Assembly (NCBI RefSeq): GCF_006345805.1
Contig: NC_043015.1
Coordinates: forward strand, 38,936,001 to 39,000,000
From: Octopus sinensis
Lineage: Eukaryota
Length of the DNA: 64,000 nucleotides
Direction: 5' to 3'
Shown here piece by piece: positions 25,921 through 38,285 of this stretch. The notes under the pieces are model-generated. The model was not told the DNA's origin and made no database searches. It saw nothing but the letters and a program-made list of their open reading frames with translations. The position numbers and the translations under genes are program-made. Within the stretch, counting starts at the first letter, position 1. The number at the start of each line of letters is the position of its first letter.

Positions 25921-26140
25921 TAGCGAATACAAACTACTGCACGTGTAAAGGGAGTTGATTTTCCGTTCTACACTGAATGGTTACTGAAAAAAATCTGATG
26001 TTTTAAGTTGCTGTAGTGAGACTTTTAACTATAAAACCCCTTCACGGGAATTTACTCGCGTTTTAGTTTTTTTTTTTCCCCAGTGACGAGAAATAAAGAA
26101 AATTTGTGAATATTATTTATTGTTCTTTATGCGCCAAGCC

Positions 26141-26575
26141 TACAGGTGTCAGTGCCTCCATGTGCGTGGATACAGGCATCGGAGACACCATGTACAATAC
26201 CCACAGGCATCGGAGACTCCATGTGGTGTGCTCGCAAGCGTCAGAGACTCCATGTGCCATTCCCACAGGCATCGGAGACTCCATGTGCCATGCCCACAGG
26301 CATCGGAGAGTCCATGTGCCATGCTCACAGGCATTGGAGACTATGCGCTGTGCCCGAGAGCATCGGAGACTCCATGTACCGCGTCCACAGGCGTCAGAGA
26401 CTCCATATTCCGCGTCCACATGCGTCGGAGACTCCATGTGCCATGCCCACAGGCATCGGAGACTCCATGTGCCATACCCACAGGAATTGGAGACTATGCG
26501 CTGTGCTCGAAAGCGTCGGGGACTCCATATGCCGCGTCCACAGGCGTCAGAGACTCCATGTAACGTACCCACAGA
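26141..26575. repeat. GC-rich minisatellite, about 31-bp unit with a 153-bp higher-order period
   Basis: CACAGGCATCGGAGACTCCATGTGCCAT units at 26264, 26295 and 26326. Variant GGAGACTATGCGCTGTGC at 26336 and 26489. Confidence 0.9.
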
Positions 26576-27214
26576 AGTAGGTGATCATGCACTTCCACAC
26601 CATTCTCTCCCACATATAACTTATGAGGTTGATCTTCCAGTAACCAGCTGGAAAGGTCAAGTATTTTCTCTCCTCTAATTTTCACCAAGTCTTTATCTTC
26701 TCATATAATGTCCAGTGAGCTAAGCTTATTTGCCTCACCTCCTTATGATGATAAGAAGCTTTCTGGAAGCCTTGGCTCATCTAAGGACTTTGGCAGATAT
26801 TACACTTCCTGCGTATCTTCATTAGTCTGAAGGATCACTCGTTTGCAGCTTTGATAAGCATTTGCATTTGGTAATTAATGTCCCAAGTTACAGAAATATA
26901 TAGGAATGAGTTCTATGTGTGTCTCCTAAAATTCTTACTTTTAATGATAGCTTTTTATTTAACAATGCATATTTGATTTCACCATAAGAAATTCTGAACT
27001 GTCCAATCATCAACTTTATTTCTATGATACTTTTTCTCACCTGATAGAATCATAATTCTCAAATATTTAAAGCTATCGACTTATTCTCAGAAGGCATACT
27101 AATGGCGACTCTCTTTGAGATAGTCTTTCTTTAATTTTTCAGTTAAGATTTAGACCTACCTTTCACTGGAATCTTAATAATAATAATAATAATCCTTTCT
27201 AATAGGTGGATAAA

Positions 27215-27385
27215 GAAAAGAATGAACGGACAATTTCATAGGGATGTTGAAGATAAGACAGACAGAGAAAAAATGGCTGTGGATGACTAAAAGTGATTTA
27301 AAACTGGATACGGAGGTTCTAATCTATGCTGCCAACGAGCATGCATTAAGAACCAATTATATCAAATACAGAATAGACAACACTA
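27215..27385 (+). mobile_element. R4/Dong-type LINE fragment
   Basis: WMTKSDLKLDTEVLIYAANEHALRTNYIKYRID, next to (TAA)n. Confidence 0.65.
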
Positions 27386-27476
27386 AATCGAAAGCTATTA
27401 TTTTAATAAAAAATTATTATTCAATCATTTATTATTATTATTATTGTATGTTAAAAGAAAAATCTTTATTTTCCAG

Positions 27477-27522
27477 AGAGGAGTTAGCTATGCGGATTGA
27501 TTTAACGGAAGCACGAGTTCAA
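27477..27522 (+). CDS. Arx: Arx 46-nt internal homeobox exon (R)EELAMRIDLTEARVQ
   Basis: Acceptor tctttattttccAG (27475-27476) and donor GTGAGT (27523). Phase 2 to phase 0, joining both neighbours in frame. A 46-nt exon at this position matches vertebrate ARX exon 3 (recalled). Confidence 0.96.
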
Positions 27523-27586
27523 GTGAGTTAAATATCGACATTTTCTTTTTTTATTTGCACATGACTGGTGTATAGTTCACCTCAAA

Positions 27587-27630
<44 letters not shown>

Positions 27631-29080
27631 AAGAAGAGGTGACTCATCCAAACAGATGAGGCATTAGGCGGTAGAAACACGAGTTGAGTGTTTACGTCTC
27701 CTATTGGCTTTAGGATGTTTCCGGTGTGGAAACTCGGTGACAATCTGAATGAAATATTTTTTGGAGATTATCTTTTTTGTTTAAAGCAATTGAATCCAGA
27801 GTTATGCACTGGCTTTAGGGATCCGCAAATGTTTTGGGTTAATATTAATCTTGTTCCCTGACTTATGTCAGGCCGTCGCCATGCTTGTAGCCAGCTAGAA
27901 ATATAAATAATCATACTTAACTGACCAGAACTACACCTACGACTGTAATATTTTATTCTAAATTAATAAACATATGTGTCTGTTACTAAGCAATTCATTG
28001 GGTCTCATTTATTCATTTCTAAAAATTGGTGTGAATGTCTACAAAAATCACGAGATAATCCATGGATTATCACAACTGTTGAGAAACCTTTAGAATATGT
28101 TTAACCTAGAAATAAAAGTTGAAAATCTGCATGATGGTTAAATATATTTTGAACAAATACAAAATTTGGATCTATAGATATACCGAAAGAATATGCAATG
28201 TTCAGGGTCCTTTTCTAAAATGTCGCCGATTCACAGAACAATCTTATTTTTCTGGTGAATGTCTACTAAATTCATCTTTGGCTCCTAATTGAAAATACAG
28301 CTATTGCAGTTCTTTACTGGAAATATATTCCTTGAATATCTCTCCATATCCTAGTAATATGTCTGCTAGTTTGAATGTCGCAAAGAATCAAAATCGATAG
28401 CACACATGATAGATTCTCCCATTTATTTTAACTCCTCAACGTCCAGTTTTTCGATCAATTCGACGATCTAGTCACTGAACTAAAGTGCTATGTGGCTGAG
28501 TACTCCAGAGACATGTAAGTTGTTAACGTAATTCTCAAATTGAGTCAGCGTGACACAGTCCGACGAGACTGAACTCTTCCATTAGGGTTACAGTCCGTCC
28601 GTCCCATGGTCTTCCGTACAGTCTCCCACTGACAAATGTCTCACTCAACTGGCAAAGAAGCTGCCAGGAAGTTGGGTTCACTCGTGACTTTGATAAAAAC
28701 TCTTGCCCAAGGTGTTAGGGTGCGCGCTCTAACCTAAGTCGTAAATGCTAATCCACACCAGCATCGATATGCTGGCGCGCGCGCGCATGTGTTTGTGTGT
28801 ATGTGTGTGTATGCGGAGATATTTTTCACGCCGAAACATTGTATCTGGTAGCCTTTGACGTCCCCTAGAGCTTGGTGTGTGCAAACACACGAAGTTTATT
28901 GAGATAAATATGTTCTTAGAGACAATATTCCTAAGCAAATGCACTATAGGTTCGAGATAAATTCTACTGGCACGGAAGTGCTGCCAGGGGGGTCAGTCCT
29001 AGACATGCGCAGAGTGACGAACCTACATTGCACCTATTATGTCCGAACCTTTGGGTTTCACAATCTCCTCCTCTTTCTCC

Positions 29081-29137
<57 letters not shown>

Positions 29138-29970
29138 CATTATTGAGTGAGAGAGTAGTGCATGCCATCAAAATGACACTGGGGTACAAATATACGAAGC
29201 CCGACTTACCCATCATGATTACCCGTTTGATAAGGCTGACTTCGTTCCAAGCTCAAATTCCACTGAGGCCAACTTTACCTTTTATCTCTCCGGTAAGATT
29301 AAGGACCAGTTATGTACAAGGGTCGATATCTATGACTGTTCCCTCTCTATGAAATTCATTGTGTTAAGGACGGATTATGGCAGAAACTGTAGAGTAACAG
29401 ACAAAATATTTCGCAGCGTTTAGTTAAGTTCCGAGTTCAAATCCCGCAATCGACTTTACAATTTCATCCTTCCGGAGTCGACAAAGTACCAATAATATAA
29501 TGAAATTATTTTAATCCATTGCATCCGTCTCTTAACTTTTAAGGTCTTCTATCCTTTATTTTTTTTTTCATTTTTGTCATCTTATACCGTAATAAGTCAT
29601 CGATCCTGTCCTTTCTGATATACCTGACACGACCAACCGATGACGATAATCGAACGCTTTTCAAAAATATTCGGTTTTACTTTGTCTTACTTAACACTCT
29701 AAATCTACATCACAACCAATATCTATCTGGAAACTCTAGAAATATATCTGTGAACATCCCTATTACTAAACATTACCCCCACCCCAACCCCATCATTTAT
29801 TAGCTGACTGTGTGTGTGTGTGTATGTGTATGTGTGTATGTGTGTGTGTGTGTGTGGTGGGGAGTATGAAACACCAACAACTTTGGAACCATTTTCACAC
29901 GGAGATTATTCTTCCTCAATCGTTGACCACATCACAATAATTCATCTCACGCACTCTATTAATCATAATT

Positions 29971-30016
<46 letters not shown>

Positions 30017-30638
30017 TGTTATCATTTTTATTTTTATTATCATTGTTATTGTTATTGTTGTTGTTGTTCTTCTTATTATTATTACCATTATCATCAGTGT
30101 GTTTATTTGTATCGCATATCATAATGACATATTATGAGTGGTTTATGGACAAAACCCGTAATCTCGGTATGAGTGTCATTTGCCAACTATTCGGGGTGTT
30201 GCTAATTGTTCGCCAGGAGCCCCAGGTGGCTGACTTTTCTAATTTTGATTTTTGGCATCGCTGCAGGAATAAAACGTAATTCTCTGGAAGACAGAGAAGA
30301 GAAAGAAAGCAATGATATTCAGAAGAAGAAGAAAAAACAAACAAACAAACAAAAAACCATTATGCCTGACGGTGACTACAGAAGCAGACTTTTAGCGAAA
30401 ACGGTTTTGTCTGGCGTAGGTTTTTGATTGCACACGTATTGTTCTTTCCTGACAAAGTATTCCTTTCTCTCATATTGTGACATGAAGAACTCTTTAGAAA
30501 AAACACCAATGATTTAAACCAATATATGTTCCACTTAGAGTTTCAGATTCTTAAGTTTTGATTACAATAATGGTTTTCTGGTTTGCTGGCACGAGTTACA
30601 GACCAGAGAACATGCGCTTATTGTAATTGTGGATACGC

Positions 30639-30989
30639 TTTTACTTGTTTCAGTCATTTGACTGCGGCCATTCTGGAGCACCGCCTTTTGTCGAACAAAT
30701 CGACCCCAGGACTTATTCTTTGTAAGCTCAGTACTTATTCTGTCGGTCTCTTTTGCCGAACCGCTAAGTTACGGGAACGTAAACACACCAGCATCAAGCG
30801 ATGTTGGGGGGACAAACACAGACATATATACGACGGGCTTCTTTCAGTTTCCGTCTACCAAATCCACTCACAAGGCTTTGGTCGGCCCGAGGCTATAGTA
30901 GAAGGCACTTGCCCAAGGTGCCACGCAGTGGGACTGAACCCGGAACCATGCGGTTCGTAAGCAAGATACTTACCACACAGCCACTCCTG
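30639..30989 (-). mobile_element. SINE family B
   Basis: Colinear with the other copies. Confidence 0.85.
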
Positions 30990-31831
30990 TCAACTTTCGA
31001 GGAAAAACCAAGCGAGGCAACTACGCAGAGATTCGATCGCAGAACCTAAAGCACTGAATACTTTTATGTATCTAATCAGGTTTCTATTCTCTTCTCGAGG
31101 CACAAGGCCCGAAATTTTTGGAGAGGGGGGAGCAGTTGATTAGATCGATCCCAGTACGCAACTGGTACTTAATTTATCGACCCCGAAAGGATGAAAGGCA
31201 AAGTCGACCTCGGTTGAATTTGAACTCTTTAAGGCGGGTAGCTGCCGGAATCGTTATCGCACCAGCAAAAATGCTTAGCGCCATTTCTTTTCCGACTTTG
31301 CGTTCTGAGTTCAAATACTGCCGAGGTCGACTTCGCTTTTCATCCTTTCGGGGTCGATAAATTAAGTACCAGTTGATGTAATCGATTTATCCATTCCCCC
31401 TAAATTGCTGGCCTTGTGCAAAAAATTTGAATCCAAAATAATAATGATTTCCAGGCGCAAGACCACATATATTTTGGATGAGAGGTACAACCTATGAGAT
31501 GGAACCAGTTCTTTACTGGTACTTCTTGCCCCTGGATGGTTGAAAGGGTTGACTGAAGTGGGATTTGAACATTGAACACAGAGGTACATAATATTTCAAT
31601 GTATTTTCCCGCTGCTTTGGCTTTCTCATATCAGCACAACGCTGAGTTATATAATCAGCTGAAGCGACTCCATTATATAACTGGTATCTGTCTTATACAA
31701 AGTCAGCTTTAATTTCGTCCAACATTACTGCTTCTATCATTCCCCACTTTTGAAGTTGTTCTTGTTGTACAGTAACAGTTCCAGCCAAATTGATCTGATC
31801 TTTGATTTATGTGTGTATTGATACGGTTTTG

Positions 31832-32160
31832 TGGAGAGGCATTGGGTCAGTGGACTCGCGGTTTCGATTCCCAGACCGAGCGTTGTGAGTGTTTATTGAG
31901 CAAAAACACCTAAAGCTCCACGAAGATCCGGCAGGAGGTGGTGGCGAACCCTGTTGTACTCTTTCACCACAACTTTCTCTCACTCTTTCTTCCTGTTTCT
32001 GTTGTACCTGTATTTCAAAAGGGCCAGCCTTGTCACATTCTGTCATGCTGAAATTCCCTGAAAACTACGTGTTTTCGGGTAGATTTCGGGGAGTTCACGT
32101 GTAGGCTGTTCCATCGATCGGATCAACTGGAACCCTTGTCATCGTAACCGACGGAGTGCC
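31832..32160 (+). mobile_element. SINE family A
   Basis: Colinear with 8684-9060. Confidence 0.8.
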
Positions 32161-33412
32161 AAGATAAGGTTTATTCATTCTAAATTCAATTAGTTCGCCA
32201 TGAAACTAAACAGATTTGCAATTGTCTTCCACCCACAAGATGATGGCAAATGGCGATATATCCTTCATGGGAAGATATTTCAAGTCGGATGATATCTGAT
32301 ATGGCGACATCAATATTTCAGGTAAATAGCATTCTAAGTCGGCGATGTATGCATACATATATATGCGCACGTGCACATACACACACGTATGCCTATATAT
32401 ATATATGTGTGTGTGTGTGTCTCCCTAAGCATGAGTGTGTGTACATATGTATGTATATATGTACGTATGTGTGTTTGTATATATATATATATATATATTG
32501 ATGAACAAACCAAATTTGTTTCTCCATTTTCTTATTTGTATTATAAATTTACGGTAAAACTATTTCTTTACCTTCACCCGTTTAATACAATAAATGAGTT
32601 AATTGCATTGCAATTAAAAACATTTATGTATTAAGAATCTGGGTACTTTACCAACAGTATATTGGATAAATGATATCCCATAGTGGGTTACACCCATAAC
32701 CCCTATCTTACTTTGTGTGTGTGTGTATGTATATATATATATATATATATTTGAATGGATTCCTTTATAATATCCAGTATACTCCGATCAGATTGCTGTT
32801 ACCGGTAATCTTTGAATGCTTTTCAAAGACCATCTTAAATCTATCATGGTTTTATTGTTACCATGGAAATAATTATATGTAATAGTTTGGTTGTCTTAAA
32901 CATCAACTTTACATCACCAATAACAACAACAATCATATCACCGACCTTTTTTTTTCTTTATTTTGTTTTATTTTTTCTTCTTTTCCACGTATTTTTAAGA
33001 ATACGAGAAGGAAAATTACCGTTGCGAAATAGTTAAATCGCTGAAACAGTGAAAACAAACAACAGAAGTCAATCATGTTGATTTTACAGGTGTTCAATAA
33101 TCTAACGTTCGATAATGTAATGTTTAGTTGTTCTATGAAGATATTCCTCTCATTGTCTTCAGACATGGCGAATGGTATGGACGTAGGAAAGATGCTGAAA
33201 TATTTTATCACGGGGAGAAAGCGTGGTGGGAGCCGGGGATTTAGAATAAACAGACCTTTGACAGGACTGACCACTCGATGCGGCAATAATAATAATTTTG
33301 AAACAAAATTCTTGATAGAAACAGAATCTTTGAAATTGTAAGTAAATAATAATCAGATTGTAAAGAAAACGATGATGTGTGGATGTTTGTGTGCATGCAT
33401 TACACACACACA

Positions 33413-33463
<51 letters not shown>

Positions 33464-34654
33464 CGCGTATACAAACGCACACATGTGTCTACCTGACACG
33501 ATTCTATTTGTCCACGGCAAATGGAAACTCACCGATTGTATAATTCCAAAATAACATTCACCAGACACGTGGCTAAGGATTTTAGAAAAGTTTGTTTATT
33601 CTTTGTATATTCTTAGCAGAAATGGGAAAACAAGAAAAGCTTGGTATTTTGTTTGTATCGACACATTCTGATTTCAAATCCCGCCCAAAATCTACTCCGT
33701 TTCTCATCTTTCCAGGGTTGACAAAGTAACAGTCAAATACTGGAATCAATATAGCAAACACACACAAAAAAAACAAAAACAAACCAACAAAAAACAATTA
33801 TACCTCCCCTTATTTCTACCGAAGTCCAAGCTTTGTGTCATAATGCAGGAGAAACAAAACGATACCGGATTAGATGACAGTGCCGGATTAGATGACAGTG
33901 CTGGATTAAACTCCTCCCTGTGTTAGATTTCTTATATTTTGAATTTAAATCCTTTGGAATTGATTTTGTTTTTCATTTCCGTAATCGAAGAAATACTAGT
34001 TCAATCAATCAATCAAACTCTCTTCCTTTACAACTAGAACCCTCCTCCTTTACAGCTATTAACCACCCCTATTCTAGGACTATAAACCCCTCCTCTACAA
34101 CCCCAATCCCCTTTTCTGCTCCCAGTTAGTACCCACAAAAAAAGATTAAAATACTTGTTTCGTTACCAGGATGAAAGCGAAGGAGAAACAGACGACTTGC
34201 TTCGTTTCGCCCTTTTGTCCTGTTTCCTTTTTATCATCTTTCGGTGAGGAAGAGGAGTCGGACCATAAACGCTGCAAACTGGTCGAATTCCTCGAGGAAA
34301 AAAAGGTTTTATAACATGGGGCCATTTCCACAAATTAGGGGCTGGAGACTGAACTGTCGGATGGAATCGATTAAGTTGGCCAGTTTATTACTGCTAACTT
34401 CTTTTTATGGATTCCACAAAAAAAAAAAATAATAAATAAATAAAGTTAACTTCTTGGGGATTTGAATTTACTGCTTTGCCGGGTGAGGATGATTCTTTTA
34501 AGTCTATAAGAAACGACAAAAACCAATAACGACAATACAGAATGCAACACACACACACACAAAGGTAGATATCATCTGTAGATGAAATTAAAACAAGCTT
34601 TCTAATGACTAAGTTAGGCCTGACAAACTTCATGCCTTCTATCCATAAGGTAAA

Positions 34655-35047
34655 TCTTTATATATAAAGCTGAAGTTGTCTGTGTGTGGCAGGTTTGGTA
34701 GGCTTCAACTAACACTATCTCCTCCGAGACCCTGCGGCGCAAGTTGACCAGAATTGAGAGTATTATAGAAGAAGGCTTGCTCTTCATTCCATAAAAGAAA
34801 AAATTCAAATCGAACCATATTAACACCAAAAATTATTTGCATCAAAAAGGTGCTTTATTTCTATGAAAATCCCTATTTTTTTTACGATTTTTTTTATTAC
34901 TGTGTCGCTATTTTTCGGTGTATTTCAACCAGAAACATGTCCACTTAAAGAAAATAACAAGCTACATAATGCAAAATTTTTACTTTTCAAAAATTCCAAT
35001 TCTAAAGGGTCGAAACAAACCCGAGCAACGCCGGGCGATACTGCTAG
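34655..35047 (+). mobile_element. Non-autonomous Helitron, 393 bp
   Basis: A|TC 5' end, subterminal hairpin CCCGAGCAACGCCGGG, CTAG|T 3' end. Second copy at 52273-52665. Confidence 0.85.
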
Positions 35048-36460
35048 TATTTAATAAAGTCATGTTTCAGCTTCTCTTAGCCTTAACAATGCCTCATGCT
35101 TGTCATTGGGTGTACGTTTTAAATATCATATTTAATATCGAAGACGTGTTTCGTTGAGCCTACAGAGTGTCTACTTTAAGGTTAATTGGATAAATATTCT
35201 TTTCAATTTAGCAGGCAACTAAACATGCTGGAAAACTCGAGAGCAATTGTAAATGTTATTATCTGAAAGTGATAAGTAATTATCAATTTTGCAATTAGTG
35301 ATTTCATCGCCGCAGCTGTGGCTTTCATATAAGAAAAAAAAAGAAGAGAAAAACGACATCTCGTTTTTGGTGAGTGGAAACTTTGAATAAGCAGGTGTGG
35401 AAGAGGATGGGAGAATTTAGTGGAATTAGAGGAGAACATGTGATCTAGTTGATGCCAGTCGTAGACAACAGAACGCCGCTATAGAAGCAGAGCGTACTTG
35501 AAATGGCACCACAAAAGGAGGAATTACATTGAAGAGAATAATAAACGAGAAAATGTAATAGTGAAATAGAAAGGAAAGTTGGAAATGGTGGATGTGGTTT
35601 ATTAGATGCTAGGAAGCCTAACAAGTTGCACAGTCGGAGTATTGTGGAGAAGTTGATTGAGAGAGCGAATGAAATCCAGTGCCAATTATATAATTTGGAG
35701 TGGTTTAAGCGACAATAATAACTCTTCTGTCCCTTACACATACCAGCAAAATGGTGCTGGAAATTGCAACAAATTCTAAGAATAAACGATGGTAAAATAA
35801 TTAATATATGTGAGATTGCACCTGAGAGTAAATTAAGAAATAAGAAAATATTGAATCAAGAAAATTAAAATAGTTTCTCAGAAGTTATTTAAGGGTTTCA
35901 ATTATCTTTGGAATTAAATGGAAATACTTCAGAATATTATAAATTTAAGATGGGCAGTGAGCTGGTAGAATGGTCAGCACGCCAGGCATCATGCTTAGCA
36001 GCATTTAGTCCGTCTTTACGTTCTGAGTTCAAATTCCACCGAAGTCGACTTTGCTTTTCATCCTTTTGGGGTTGATTAAATACGTACCAGTTTAGCACTG
36101 GGGTAGATGTAACAGACTTACACTTACGCGCTTCTCTGAAATTACTGGCTTTGTGCCAAAATTTGAAACCATTATTATTAATCTAATACTGTTCCTAGAA
36201 TATTTTAATGAAACAGTTACGCTGATATCTTTAAAGCATTCCTAAATATTGTTGTTTAACCCCAGTTCGTCTCTGATTGGACAAACCTATATTAAAGGCG
36301 TTCTAGGCATGACCATTTTCTTTTTTCTTATGTAGTTATAATGTATCTGATATTACATTAGGCAACGTGTTCTCCCGTTTTTAAAACAGTAGGGTATGAT
36401 TCAAGCGAGATGCAGTTGATATTTCCAGCAAGTCGAACAACAGTGTGTGGTGTGTGTGTG

Positions 36461-36512
<52 letters not shown>

Positions 36513-36529
36513 AATATATATATAATATA

Positions 36530-36590
<61 letters not shown>

Positions 36591-36599
36591 ATATAAATA

Positions 36600-36653
<54 letters not shown>

Positions 36654-36658
36654 ATAAA

Positions 36659-37320
36659 TATAAAATATTATTCGAGACAAAACCACTATTTTGCAAAACA
36701 AACAAGGAAAGACTTAATCAATACATAAATTTTAATAAATAGTCAAAAAAACCGCCACTACAATCGTTTCTTGTCTTGATCGACAATCTTCAGGTGGACT
36801 TCCAATAATGGTTTCAAATTTTGGCACAAAGCCAGTAATTTCAGAGAAGCGCGTAAGTGTAAGTCTGTTACATCTACCCCAGTGCTAAACTGGTACGTAT
36901 TTAATCAACCCCAAAAGGATGAAAAGCAAAGTCGACTTCGGTGGAATTTGAACTCAGAACGTAAAGACGGACTAAATGCTGCTAAGCATGATGCCTGGCG
37001 TGCTGACCATTCTACCAGCTCACTGCCCATCTTAAATTTATAATATTCTGAAGTATTTCCATTTAATTCCAAAGATAATTTGACACTGAATTATTGGAAG
37101 TCCACCTGAAGATTGTCGATCAAGACAAGAAACGATTGTAGTGGCGGTTTTTTTGACTATTTATTAAAATTTATGTATTGATTAAGTCTTTCCTTGTTTG
37201 TTTTGAAAAATAGTGGTTTTGTCTCGAATAATATTTTATAATATTTTACTATAAAATCGATTTAATCCTAAATCTGATTTTTTCCCTGTAAATTTGGATT
37301 TATTCCCTAATATTTATTAT
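36659..37320 (+). mobile_element. Young PLE-type non-autonomous insertion in (TA)n: inverted arm, captured host DNA, direct arm with 3' tail
   Basis: Arms 36659-36809 and 37090-37240 are reverse complements (151 bp, one mismatch seen). The direct arm continues about 80 nt further. The spacer 36804-37080 is the reverse complement of 35900-36176. (TA)n lies on both sides. Confidence 0.85.
37102..37144 (+). ncRNA. Intact minimal type-I hammerhead ribozyme (mirror copy on - strand at 36755-36797)
   Basis: ccac CTGAAGA ttgtc-gatcaa-gacaa GAAA C gatt GTA gtgg. Predicted cleavage after A37140. ACGAUUGU is self-complementary with G-U pairs. Confidence 0.82.
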
Positions 37321-37389
<69 letters not shown>

Positions 37390-37432
37390 ATATATATATT
37401 ATATATATATATATTATATATATATAATATAT

Positions 37433-37732
37433 GGGGGCGCAATGGTCCAGTGGTTAGGGCAGCGGACTCGCGGTTGTAGGATAGCGGTTTCGATTCCTAG
37501 ACCGGGTGTTGTGAATGTTTATTGAGCGAAAACACCTAAAGCTCCACGAGGCTCCGGCAGGGGGTGGTGGCGATCCCTGGTGTACTCTTTCGCCACAACT
37601 TTCTCTCACTCTTTCTTCTGTTGGCCTGCTCGCTTAGCCAGCGGGGTGGCGTCATTTGAAGGCTAAAACAATACGAAGCGCATTGTGACCAGCGATGTGT
37701 AGCAACATCTGATAGCCTGATCGGTCACGGTG

Positions 37733-37733
<1 letters not shown>
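37433..37733 (+). mobile_element. SINE family A in (TA)n
   Basis: A/B boxes and shared body. Confidence 0.85.
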
Positions 37734-37780
<47 letters not shown>

Positions 37781-37885
37781 TTGTTATATGGCTACAGTGA
37801 CTACCACAACGGCTTTAATTTCAACAGAATCAACAATCAAATCATTTGCCGTGCAAGTTCAACACAAAAATATAGCGCACACACA

Positions 37886-37916
<31 letters not shown>

Positions 37917-38199
37917 CGTTTCTTTTGCTGCTATAGTCGTCTTTGTCCTTCGGTTCTGACTAACCTCGTGTCATCTCCATCGTGGACCGTCCGACACAAA
38001 TCGCCTCGTATCCCCTCATCACCCACATTGCCTCCCCATAGCTGACCCTTAATCACTCTTCTAAATTCTTCTTCCTTCGGACTGTCCACTCTCTGAAATA
38101 GGTGCCCTGTCCTTAGCTTTTCCTGCAGCTGTCGACTGCTGGTGTTTCAGAGGGAATTTGGACAGAACACTCGACTGACCAGTTGATGGACCCTCGGCT

Positions 38200-38285
<86 letters not shown>

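Noticed and set aside
26141-26575. CRISPR-like array or repeat protein
   Set aside because: Units are contiguous and degenerate with no unique spacers, there are no cas genes, and the context is a eukaryotic intron.
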